Source: the human T2T-CHM13v2.0 reference genome, Homo sapiens
Length of the DNA: 64,000 nucleotides
NCBI RefSeq assembly: GCF_009914755.1
Contig: NC_060937.1
Direction: 5' to 3' (one strand)
Part shown: piece by piece, positions 13,916-25,610 of the stretch
Layout: the number at the start of each line of letters is the position of its first letter
How positions within the stretch are numbered: the stretch's first letter is position 1
Program-made: the position numbers and the translations under genes
Notes under the pieces: model-generated
What the model saw: the letters and a program-made list of their open reading frames with translations, nothing else
What the model was told of the DNA's origin: nothing
Database searches by the model: none

Positions 13916-15942
13916 GTCTTGCATAATTTGACTCTGGCCTATTCTCCAACATCAACTCCTACAATTCTCTTCCTCGCTATTCTCTGGACATGCCAGTTTC
14001 ACATTCATGAATAGTCAATGAACTTGAAATCTTCAATTATAACTGTGAATTTGTCTATTTCTCTTTTCAGCTCTATTGGTTTTTGCTTCATATATTTTGA
14101 AGCTTTATTTTTTTAGTGTGTACACTTTTATGTCTTCTTGCTGGTTGAACTTTTATCTTATGTCACGCCTCTTCTTGTCTCTAGTATTGTCATTAATTTA
14201 AAGTCTAATGTTTCAGGTACCAATATAGCCAGTGTATTGGTTTTTAAATTACTATCGCATGGTATATATTTTCTTCATATTTTTATTTGCAATGTGCTAA
14301 TGTCAATAAATCTGAAGTGAGTTTCTTTTAAGCTGCATGTATGGGTAAATTTTTAAATCCAGTGTTTGTTTTTTGATTGCAGTATTCAAATCAATTACAT
14401 TTAAAGTAATTATTGATATTCTAGTACTAACCTATGATATTTTACTATTGATTTTCTGTGTGTTTCTCTGCTTCTCTTTTCTGGTTTCCTGTGTGCTATT
14501 TGGGCAATGTTTTAAAGATTCAACCTGATATATGCTTAATGTTTCTGAGTGTTGTATTCGTATTGTTTTGCTGTTTCCCTTTACCTATGAGTCAAATTCT
14601 ATTAGTTCCCTTCATTCCTGGGGCATAGTGTCACCATATATATAGTTCACTATTGATTGTACTTTTCTTTCAGCATTTGGAAAGTTTTGTGCCAGTTTCT
14701 TCTGGCTTCCATAGTTTCAGATGTGGAATTTCTAGCATTCAAATTGATGTTCTCCTATAGGTAGAGTCATTTTTCTTTGGTTGCTTTCAAGTTTTGCTTT
14801 GCTTTTTTTCTGTTTCAGTCTCAGAAGTGTAATTATAATGTGTCTTGGCATAAATTTTTTGGAATTACCTTGTTTAGGGTTTGTTTTGCTTCTAGAATTG
14901 TAAGTTTCTGTCTTTTGTGAAATTTGGAAACTTTTCAGCTATTATTTTCTCAAATAATCTTTCAATCTCACTCCTTTTCTTCTGAAACTGTGGTGACAGG
15001 AATATAGATGGTCCCTGATATATGACGGTTCTACTTATCATTTTTTGACCCTACAGTGATGTGACAACAATACACATTTAGTAGAACTGTATTTCTCTTG
15101 CAATGCTGAGCAGTGGCAGCAAGACACAGCTCCCAGACAGCCATGCATTTTCTACTTATAATATGTATAACACAATGGGGTTATTGGGACATAACTCCAT
15201 ATCCACCCTGGCAAGGAGAATATGTATTGTATATCTTATTGTAGTCCCACAGATTCCCAAAATCTTCTTTAATTTTTTTCTTTCTCTTCATTATTTAGAT
15301 TGGGTGAATTGTGTTTATCTGTCCTAAAATTCAGTGATTCTGTCTTCTATCATCTCTACTATTGAGCCCATCTGTTCAGTTTGTTTCCTTTTTTGTGTTT
15401 TATGTTTTTCATTTTCCTAATCCACTGTTTCTTTTTTCAATTTATTAACTGTGTCTTTTAAAGAAGTTTTAAGTTTACAAAAGAATTGAGCAGAAAATTC
15501 AGAGAGCCTCTGTAGTCCTCACCTGCTGGATCACACACACAGTGTCCTCTGTATTAACATCTTGCATTTATGTAGTATTTTGTGTATAGTCGATTGACCA
15601 ATACTGATACATTATTAACTAAAGTCCATAGCTTGCATTAGGGTTTATGCATTGTGTTGTACATTCTAAGGGTTTTGACAAATGTAGAATGACCCATGTC
15701 TACCATTATAGTATCACATGGAAGAATTTTACTACTCTAAAAATCCCTTGTGCTTCATCTTTTCATCCCTCTTTTCTCAAGAATCCCTGGAAAGTACTGG
15801 GCATTTTAATTTTGGCTTAGTTTTCCTCTTACCAGAATGTAATATAGTTGGAATTATACAGCATGTGGCCTTTTCAGGATGGTTTATTTCACTTAGCATT
15901 ATGCTGTTAACCTTTCATCCATGACTTTCCACAGTTGATAGC

Positions 15943-16290
15943 TGTCTTAGTTGTCTGGCTGCTATAACAAAATACCCTAAAATGAGTAACTTATGAACAA
16001 TAGAAATTAACTTCCCACAGTTCTGGAGACTGGGAAGTCTAAATCAAGGCATCGGCAGATCTGATGTCTGTTGAGGGACTGCTTTCCCATATATGGCTGA
16101 CTTTTTACGGTGACTTCACATGGCAGAAGGGGAAAGGCATCTCTCTGGAGACGCTTTTATAAGGGCACTAGCCCCATGAACCTTTATGGCCTAATTGTCT
16201 CCCAAAGGTCGCACATCCTAATAAAATGACATTGGTGATTAGCCTTCAGCATGTACATTTTGGGGAGACCCAAACTTTCAGATAATAGCA
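15943..16290 (-). mobile_element. MaLR LTR (MLT1A/MSTD-like) nested in L1
   Basis: tgtcttagttgtctggctgctataacaaaatacc...ttcagataatagca. Confidence 0.8.
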
Positions 16291-18341
16291 ATAGTTCTTT
16301 CTTTTTATTGCTAAATAAATAGTCCAGGCTATGGATGTAAAAATGTTTATCCATTTACCCATTGAAGGAGATCTTGGTTGCTTCCATATTTTGGCAATTA
16401 CTAATTAAACTGCCATAAATATTCATGTGCAGCTTTTTGTGTGGACAGAGTTTTAATCTCATTTGGGTAAATACTAAGGGGCATAATTGCTGGACTTTAC
16501 GGTAAGAGTATCTTCAGTTTTGTTAGAAACTGCCAAACTGTTTTCTGAGGTAGCTATACCATTTTGCATTTCAAACAGCAATGAATGAGAGATCCTGTTG
16601 TTCCACATCCTTGCTAGCATTTGGTTTTCTCAGTTGTTTGAAGTTTGGCCATTCTAATTTGTATATTGTGGTATTCTGTTGTTGTTTTAAATTTGAAATC
16701 CCCTAATTAAATATGATGTTGAGCAAATATGCTTATTTGTCATCTATCTTCTTCAGTGATGTGCCTATTTAGACCTTTTGACAATTTTTTAATGGAGTTG
16801 TTTTCTTCTTGTTGAGCTTTAAGTGTTCTTTGTATATTTTTATATACTAGCCCTTTTTCAGATATGTGTTTTGTAAAAATTTTCTGCAGTGTGTGTTTTA
16901 TAAATATTTCATTCTCTTAGGGTTCTTAAAAAGCACAAAAAAACACAATTCACCCAATTAAAGTATACACAATTTAATAGTTTTTAGTATAGTCACAGAA
17001 TTGTGCATTCATCATAGTAATGGATTTTAAGATATTTTCATTATTCCCTAAAAGATACCCTGTACTCTTCAGCCATTGCTCCCTAAGTAACTCATCCCCC
17101 TCAATCTTAGCAGACAGTCTTACCGTCTGCCTACACAGATTTAAATATTCTGACCATTTTATATAAATGGAAATCTATAATATATAGTTTATCGTTACTG
17201 GCTTCTTTTACTTAGCATATGTTTTCAGGGTACATCCATGTTGAAGTATGTATCAGTACTTCATTTCTCTTCATAGAAAATGAAAATGAATATCTTTTTA
17301 CAATGTTTTACTGTATGCACTTTTGGTTCTGTTTATAATTTTATTTCTTTGTTGAGATTTTCTATTTTTAAATTCCCTTCAAGATAATTTTTAATTAATT
17401 TTTGAAACTTTGTTATGGTGGCTGCGTTAATATCCTTGTCAAATAGTTCTAATATCTGATTTATCTCATTGTTGGTATTTTCTCATTCAAGTTGTAATTT
17501 CCTTGGTTCTTTTTATGACCCTGACTATAATTGTACCCTGGATATTTTGTCTATTAGGTTAGGACACTCTAGGTTCTATTTAAAACTTTTATTTTAATAG
17601 GCATTCACCCTGCTTAAGTTTAGCATACAGGTCTTGGCCTCATTCTGTGGTCTCTGATTCCAATGACAGTTTGAATTTTAGAGGCTTTGCAATGATCTGC
17701 TTGGTTTATCTGATGTCACAGTGTTTCCATGTGTCCCTGCTAGTGGTGTTTGGCTTATGGGACATAACAGACTTCCCCAGGTTGGGCCATTCGGCATCTC
17801 CTGGGGATAGAGTGGAGTCTCCAGAATATAAAGTCTCTTTGTTGTACCTCCTCGTTGTGGCTAGGTGCTTTTTGCCAGTTGTGTCCATCTGCCTCAGTGT
17901 GTGCCAGTGTGGAAAGAGAATCTCAGGTCTATTAGGATGAAGAATACTCCTAGACCAAACCATTTGTTACAATGGAATCCCCCAAATGTGTCCCTTGTCT
18001 TCCTTTTTGTAGTGTCTCTGCAGAGGATAATTTCAAGTCTAGAGGGACAAGAAAGACTTCTTGTGATGAGTTCTCAAGCCTGCATGGAAAACAAAGTACT
18101 TCTTCTGGCTGCTATTGTTACTGGGGCTCCTGATCAGTCCCCCTTGTAAGTCTACCATGCATGCTTGTTGTTTCCAACTGGACTCTCATTTTGTTGTGGG
18201 GGGTGACTGGAACTGCCTGGGCTGCCTTCTATTGATAAATTGAGGGTTACTTAGTCTGGGTCAACTTCTTCCATGGGATGTTTGCAAGTAAGATTGCCCT
18301 GAGACTGTGTTCTTTTTCTAGTCAAACCAGTTTTCCTTCTG

Positions 18342-18745
18342 TTTTAGTCAGTTTTTGTGTCACTATAAAGGAATAACTGAGACTGGGTAACTTATAAGGA
18401 AAAGAGTTTTAATTTGCTCATGGTTCTGGAGGCTGTACATGGAAGCATGGTGCTGGCATCTGCTTCTGGTGAGAGCCTCAGGAAGCTTACTGTCATGGCA
18501 GAAGGTGATGGGAGCCAATGTGTCACATGATGACAGTGGGTGCAAGAGAGAGAGTAAGGAGGTGCCAAACACTTTCAAAAAATCAGCTCTGGTGAGAACT
18601 CACTCACTGTCTCCAGGACAGCACCAAGCCATTCGTGAGGGATCCACCCTATTACCCAAACACCCCCCACCAGGTCCCACCTCCAACATTCAGGATTATA
18701 TTTCAACATGAGATTTGGAGGGGACAAACACGCAAACTGTATCAC
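18342..18745 (-). mobile_element. MST (MaLR) LTR
   Basis: ttagtcagttttt...ctataaaggaataactgagactggg...acatgagatttggagggga...aactgtatca. Confidence 0.85.
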
Positions 18746-18869
18746 CTTCTTAGTACCTTTCAGTGATCTCTTTGATTACCTCCTGCATTGTTTCTGGGGT
18801 CTGTAGTCTAGCAGGAAGGAACAAAAAAACTGGCCTACCCTTGTCTAAACTAGAAGTCCCCTTAACTGT

Positions 18870-20690
18870 AATTTTAATTTTTCACTTATCTTCTTATTTC
18901 TATGCACATGCTAAAAAATGAAAGACATACAAATACAACAGAGATGCTAATTTTTAATTTATTGGCATTACTTGTCTCTCAGATCTTATGAAAGCACTAG
19001 ATATTCCTTCATTAATAAATTAATTGTAGGCCGGGCACGGTGGCTCACACCTGTAATCTCAGCATTTTGGGAGGCCAAGGCAGGTGGATCACCTGAGGTC
19101 AGGAGTACAAGACCAGCCTGACCAATATGGAGAAACCCCGTCTCTACTGAAAATACAAAATTAGCCAGGCATGGTGGCACATGCCTATAATCCCAGCTAC
19201 TCGGGAGGCTGATTCAACAGGAAAATCACTTGAACCCGGGAGATGGAGGTTGCGGTGAGTTGAGATCGCACCATTGCACTGGGCATGAAAGCGAAATTCC
19301 GTCTCAAAATAATAATAATGATAATAATGAATTAATTGTTTTACATACTTGCTAGTGAAAAGAAAAAAAACACATACTTGGATAAATTCATGTAACAAGT
19401 AAATTAACGAGACTTCCCTCTATATTTTGCTCATGGTAATGTAATTTATATTTATACAAATTTGAGATTTCAACATAAAAAGTGCACAATTTCAGCTTTC
19501 ATAGTTGAAAGTTTAATGCAACAAGAGATTTAAAGTGCAAGGGTTTCTATTAATAATGCTGATTCTTCTGCTGCCTTTTGAATACATAGAGTACTATTTA
19601 ATGGTTTTTGTAGGGAGCCCCTTAGCACAAAGATCTTTATCCCAAAATACAGAAGTGAACTCTTTTTATAAATATTTTAACTTCTAACTCACCCAGAGTT
19701 CATGTAAAACAAGAGCATAGATACCATGTCTACATTTGTTAATGTAGATACCATTAACAAATCTGTTTTACGTATGCGAGCTATCCTCAGATATCTAGTG
19801 TGGATTTTAGGACAATTGTCTAATTGGGTCCCTGACTCTAAGAACACAAATATTAATGTCTTACTTTTTCTTTTTAAATAATATCAAAATACTTTATTTT
19901 GTAAAGTGGCATCTTACTTAGACTCTGCCAAACAAGTTAGGATCACTTTAAAATAAATAACATTAAAAAAAAGATGTCATTCCCTCAGTTCAAATAAAAT
20001 TAAGTTTCAGCCTGAGTAAGCTCTGAAATAGAAACATCAACTGAATGAACTTCCTGTCCTTAGAGAGTTTGCCATCTCAATTCTTGGTCCAGCAGGGAAA
20101 GTAAATGTGGAAACAGATCATTAAAACACAGTGTAATAAAGACCAAGATAGAAGAAAAAAGATCAGACTTTCAATTTCCAAGACACAGGACAAATACAAG
20201 AATAAATATGACAGAACGAACAAAAATATGTTCATTTTTGCCCATTGTCTTGATACATACACCTTAAATAACAGTGGCATAAACACAAGAATGAAGGAGA
20301 GCTAAACTTCAGGTTAAGTTTAGAAAATGCCTCTTTCCAGAAGTTTTTCATTGTAAACTTCTATGATGTGGGTTTTTGATTAAGGAAATCTTAACTCTAA
20401 AAGTTGTTAAGAATTTTGAAAACTTTTGGTAAAAAGCAGTATGTATTGAGAGAGTTCTTTCTTCCTGACAAGTAAGTTGTGACTCTGGAGAGCTAGATTA
20501 AACCACAATTTAGACTGGAAGAGATTAATAAATATATTTTATGATGGGAATATACTGAGATCTACATTTAAGTAATTCTACAAAGATTTAAGGGGGGGGG
20601 GTTCTCTGAAAAGCCATCTAGAACATTCTTTCTAGTGAAAAAATGTAGAAAAAGATGAAGAAACTCTCAACAGACTCTCTTCGCAAGATT
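18870..20690 (+). pseudogene. DNHD1-like large pseudo-exon, pre-AAA1 and AAA1 (Alu inserted inside)
   Basis: LLVSQIL*; [10 protein letters not shown]; FEYIEYYLMVFVGSPLAQRS (YEYLG..LVITPLTDRC). Walker-A position LTQSSCKT at 19688-19711, K exactly 25 residues after the conserved R. Also LENASFQKFFIVNFYDVG, VLREFFLPD and SEKPSRTFFLVKK. Confidence 0.85.
19029..19324 (+). mobile_element. AluSp-like inserted in pseudo-exon
   Basis: gaccaatatggagaaacccc. TSD aataaattaattgt / aatgaattaattgt. Confidence 0.9.
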
Positions 20691-20706
20691 AATTTTTTTT
20701 AGTTGA

Positions 20707-21600
20707 TGTATTAGGCAAAATTCTAATATGGGTTCCATGTTCTCCAGCACCTGGTGGATTTCCTATAAATACTCTCACCTTGAGTGTAGGTAGGACATGT
20801 GACTCACCTCTAATAAAATACGACAAAGGAGATGAGGATAGAATGCAATCCCTTTGGTTAGGTTATATATAATTATATCTACATATGCATTAGATAGACT
20901 TTCCTACTTGCGTTGAAGAAGAAAGATGCTGTAATATGAATGGCCCATGGAGAGGACAACATCACAGGAAACTACATCTGTGAGCTGAGACATTTTATTT
21001 TAGTCCTACAATGGCAAGGATCTGAAATCTGCCAATAACCATGTGAATTTGAAAAATAATTATTTATTCAAGCTATCCCAAGACTTGTGACCCATAGAAA
21101 CTGGGAGATAATGTTCTAAATGTTTTATAAATGTTTCACCAATCTAAACTCAAGATTGTATAGAATTCCTGGGTTTCAATGATGTATTTCAGTAGAATTA
21201 TGAAGAAAACTAAGTAAAAACATCATACATCATACATCATCTATTTATTTGCCCTTCCTATAATGGAAAAGTCTCAAGGGAAATATTCAGGGCTGCTTTG
21301 ATGGTTCCACACAGTCTTCAGAAACTCAGGCTTCTAGTAGCCCTCTGTAGCCTTTAGCTTCATGATTTCAGTATGACAGCTGTAGCTTCAGACATATCCA
21401 TGGTCCAGGAAGCAAGAAGAGAAAAAGGACAAGTACAAAAGAATGTTTATGAAATCATCTCTTTTTGTAAGAAATTCTTTTAGACAAATCACTCGGTAAC
21501 TTTTAACTCTGATTCCTTTAACTGCAGTTTAATCAACTAGCCACTCCTATTTGCAATAACATTGGAAAATTTTAGCTTTTTAATCAGGCAGATCAGGCCT
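20707..21600. mobile_element. Two old MaLR LTR fragments (MLT1 family)
   Basis: tgtattaggcaaaattctaatatgg...cccatagaaactgggagataat, then a second MLT1J/K-like block at ~21240-21590. Confidence 0.65.
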
Positions 21601-21619
21601 GATTCTCCTTTTCAAACAC

Positions 21620-22684
21620 ATATATACTTTTCTTTATTTTCTGCATATATCTTGAACTCATTCTCTCTGACTTACTGGGAAAAGCATTTTGTGATAATTA
21701 CACATCATTTGTGATGAGTCAATGAGTATTATGTAAGTTCTGACAATTTTCTCATTTATCCTCAGTATACTATGTCTCTAATAAGAAACATTATTGGAGA
21801 CTAAAATATTTAATTTGTGATGTTCTTCAACACTAATCACTTCTTATCATTGTAAAAATTAAAATATGTGCTTTTAAATATGAATAGATTAGCTAAAATA
21901 AAATATTGAAACCCTGTTTAATGCTTATTCCATTTTCTACTGTATCTAATGTCCTGTCACTGTTATAATTATTCAAAACTTAAGATAGAGTAGAAATTCT
22001 ATATAATTCAATAATAATGTGGTAAAGGTAGTCAAAAGTTTTTTTTTTTTTTTAGAATGACATGCTCTACCATAATAGAGGCAGATATTTAATTAACATT
22101 TATTGGAGTTTTTCTGAAAATTACAAATGCCTGCACCTCTTTCTCACTCTTCCTGATGTTATAACCAATTTAGAAATACAAAATAAACCTGTAGAAATAA
22201 AGTGGAATATATTTTTATTACTGATAAACCTGATTAATAACTTAGCTTAGGTTTAAGGCAAATGTGTTTTGTAACACTTTTACCACTGAATTGAATTTAC
22301 TCATATAGACACACATAGGAAAAGCTGTAGATGTTACCCAAGTGTTATATCACTTATCTCATGACTGAGGTAAACATGTACATCCAGGAACAGTTTCTCC
22401 AAAGGCAGAGAATGCAGGGTTCCTAAGATACTCACTCACATATGTCTCCTTCTGTTCAGAAATGTGCCTCACTCCTTGTTTTATATGCAGAAGCTAGAAA
22501 AATTTGGTTTTGGGTAGAAAGTAGAGCTTTTCTCATAGCTTTTGTTTTGTAGAATTGAAGTCAGCTACCTTCTATGAAATATAAAGGGTCGATGATACAT
22601 ATTACTCCCTAGGATGTTTTTGGCATTAATAGTGCTGCTTTTAATATGTTCTTTAAATGTTCAAGTAAAAATTCTTTTACTAAG
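21620..22684 (+). pseudogene. DNHD1-like pseudo-exon, AAA2
   Basis: LLNMNRLAK (NRLA at 21883-21894; cf. FKIQNRLAA), IGVFLKI (HGIFPKV), EIKWNIF (KWIVFD) and MSPSVQKC at 22442 (SPATVSRC). Donor taag|gtacat at 22685. Confidence 0.85.
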
Positions 22685-22744
22685 GTACATATTGAACTTC
22701 AGTAGTAACAGTTTCTTTTAGTGAGGGTTTATTTATACACCTTG

Positions 22745-24005
22745 CTAAATCAAAGACTTAAACATAAAACTTGAAGCTATAAAACTCTTAGAATAAAAGA
22801 TAAGAAAAATTCCTCTTCTCACTGGTCTTGACAATAAATTTTTGTATGTGACACCAAAAGCACAGGCTACAAAAGCAAAAATAGACAAGTTTGATTATAT
22901 CAAACTAAAAAAGCTTCTGCACAGCAAAGGAAACAATCAACAAAATGAAAAACAACTCATGGAACCCCCAAAATGAGAAAAACTATTTTAAAACTACATA
23001 CCTGATAAGGAGCTAATATGCAAAATAGATGACACTTATACAAGTCAATGACAAAAATACAAATAGCCCAATTTAAAAATGGACAAAGGATCTGAATAGT
23101 CATTTCATGGAAGAAGAAATTCAGACGGTCAAGAGGCATATGAAAAGCTGCTCAACAAGTCTAATCATCAGGGAAATGCAAATTAAGACCACAATAAGAT
23201 ATCACTTTAGACCTATTAGAATGACTATTATCAAAGACAAAGAGTAACAAGTATTTCCAGGATCCAGCGCAAAGGGAATCCTTGTACACTGTTGGTGGGA
23301 ATGTGAAACTAGCATATGAATAAGCAGCCCTACTTCTGGGGATCCACCTAAAGGAATTTAAATCAGGATCTCCAATAGATATCTGCACTCCCATGTTTAT
23401 TGCAGCATTATACACAATAGCCAAATTGGAAACAACTTAATTGTCCTTCAAAAAAATGAACAGATAAAGAAAATGTGGTATATAAAATGTAATATTAATC
23501 ATTCTTTAAAAATAAGGAAACTGTGCCATTTGCAACAGCATGGGTTGAATTGGAAGACATTGTGCTAAGCAAAATAAGCAAGACAAAGAAAGAAAAATAC
23601 TGCATGATGTCACTCATATGTGTAATCTCAAATATTCCAACTCATAGAAGTAGACGGTAGAATAGTGATTTCCATGGGCTGGGGAGAGGGGATAACGGGG
23701 TGCTGTTTGTCGAAAGTTGCAAAGTTTCAATTATGCAAGATGAATGAGTTCTGGAGATGTAATGTACACTATAAGAAATAGTTAAAATATTGTATTGTAT
23801 ATTTGAAATTTGCTAAGTGGGTAAATCTTAAATATTCTCTGCATATACACACCAATAATTACCATGTAGAGGTGATTGATACGGTAATTAGCTTGAACGT
23901 GGTGATTACTTTACAATGCATAAATATATCAAAATATCAAGTTGTACATTTTAAATATATCTAATTTTTATAGGTCAGTGATATCTCAATAAAGCTTTTA
24001 GAAAA
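22745..24005 (+). mobile_element. L1MA/L1MB 3' end
   Basis: ORF2 C-terminal remnant and 3'UTR ending ctcaataaagc. Confidence 0.85.
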
Positions 24006-24093
24006 AAGTAGAGATTAAGATTATATAATTGGTGGACAAAGACACGTGTATATATATTTTCATATATATTTATAGATTCCTTTTATTTTTCAG

Positions 24094-24666
24094 AAAGTTT
24101 GGAAATTAGACTGTATATTACAATTTACACTTTATTTCATAAAGTTCTTATGTAATTTGAAGACAAGGCATTCTTCTGGAAAGAAGACTCATTGATAGAA
24201 AAATAATGCTCTTTTTTTCTTGAAGAGTCTATGAAACATATTTTTCTTTTTAGTCTAAAGACCAAGGAGTATATAAAACAACACTTTGGAGGGAAGACTT
24301 TGCTAATTATGATGCAGAGAATCTGACTAAAAATTTTCGGTTTTAATATTGTCACTACAATTGTATAAATAGTACAGAGAGTACAGGAACAATGTACAAT
24401 ATTTCTCTTTCCCAAGAAATGTGCTTCTTATGGCAAGAGTCCTGGAGAGCGGCATAAAATACAGCTTACCCTCCCTCATTACTCTCACTCCACCAGTGTT
24501 TGATGGCTCATTCTTAACTATCATATATTTGAATTTAGAAACTACCATAATTGGTGTGATATTAGATAACCACATAGTTTGCCCAACTGTATCACAGACA
24601 CATGTTTAGGACTTTATAGAACCATTATACTCTAGAGCAATGTCATGAATGGCCTCATTGTGATAG
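24094..24666 (+). pseudogene. DNHD1-like pseudo-exon, AAA2-3 linker and AAA3
   Basis: Strong acceptor ttttatttttcag. HIFLFSL, RNVLLM (QPVLLA), PPVFDGSFLTII (HPAFSSSHLRLL), Walker-B-like TLEQCH (LLEDLH). Donor gtgggt at 24667. Confidence 0.8.
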
Positions 24667-24749
24667 GTGGGTAATGTGTTATGTTAGACAAAATCGGGGT
24701 TGAATTTCATGTTATCTTTTTATTTGTAACCATGCTGCTGGTGAAATAT

Positions 24750-24958
24750 GCATGTGATGAATAAAATTTAGGTATTTTGAGGCACTTTGATGAAACTGAA
24801 AATGCATGATTTAGAAGTAAACACTTAAAATTACACATAATTTTCAGGGGGAAGATCCTTGACTAAAACATTGTTATTTTGAGAAATCTAGAATCACTAG
24901 ATTTATATTTTCTTAATTTATTGATTTTTTGTTTCTAGTGCCACATAATAAACATCTG
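24750..24958 (+). pseudogene. DNHD1-like pseudo-exon, AAA3
   Basis: NLGILRHF (LETLRQA) and SAT**TSG (LATVTVPG). Donor ctg|gtactt at 24959. Confidence 0.55.
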
Positions 24959-25347
24959 GTACTTAGAAGACTGCAGATTAGGATACATTTTTAATTCTCT
25001 AACAGGCCTACTAAAAGTGAACAGATGGTAAATGTAAATCTTACTTAATTTGAAAACTGACATTATGAGAAGTAAATAAGTAGGAAAATATTTGTGTTAA
25101 ATACACTTAGAAATTTAACCAATTATGTCACTTTTCTAAATATCAGTTTATGTAGATATCTTTAATTTAAAATTGTGTACTAATTTTACATAAACCTTTT
25201 AAAAATAGTGTCTATTTATAGAGAGGGATTGGTAACCAGTACATATAATAAGTACAATCATACTAAAGATGATCATTTAATAATACTTAATAATCTCTAC
25301 TAACTGAATCTACCACACTTTTTAAAAAAAATTTCTATGGCCTACAG

Positions 25348-25610
25348 GTGATAACAAAGAATTTCTTCTTAATATTGTTTACAGGGCAGAAGATAATCAT
25401 GTTTTACGGTTACACATTTTACAGCCTCATTTCCATTAACTCTGGAATTATTTCACTGATAAGAACTATCAGAAGAGATATAGGCATAGGCATGAAATTT
25501 ATAAGCCTCCTCCAAATCATGATTCCTGTGAATGGCTGCAGCTCACTGTTGCATTGGTTGGTACATACTGTCACCATGATAAAATAGTTATAATCGTGTT
25601 GTCTTAATTT
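25348..25610 (+). pseudogene. DNHD1-like pseudo-exon, AAA3 lid
   Basis: Acceptor cctacag. FFLILFT (RLFRLFT) and YKPPPNHDSCEWLQLTVA (FMPSPLHPHYHFSLHSVS; canonical LPTPAKSHY). Confidence 0.7.

Larger units (their letters stand above)
14025..18860 (-). mobile_element. Old L1M cluster with nested elements (L1MC-like 3' end ~15440-16910, MaLR LTRs)
   Basis: T-rich antisense L1 ORF1/ORF2 remnants and L1M 3'UTR motifs. Confidence 0.75.
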
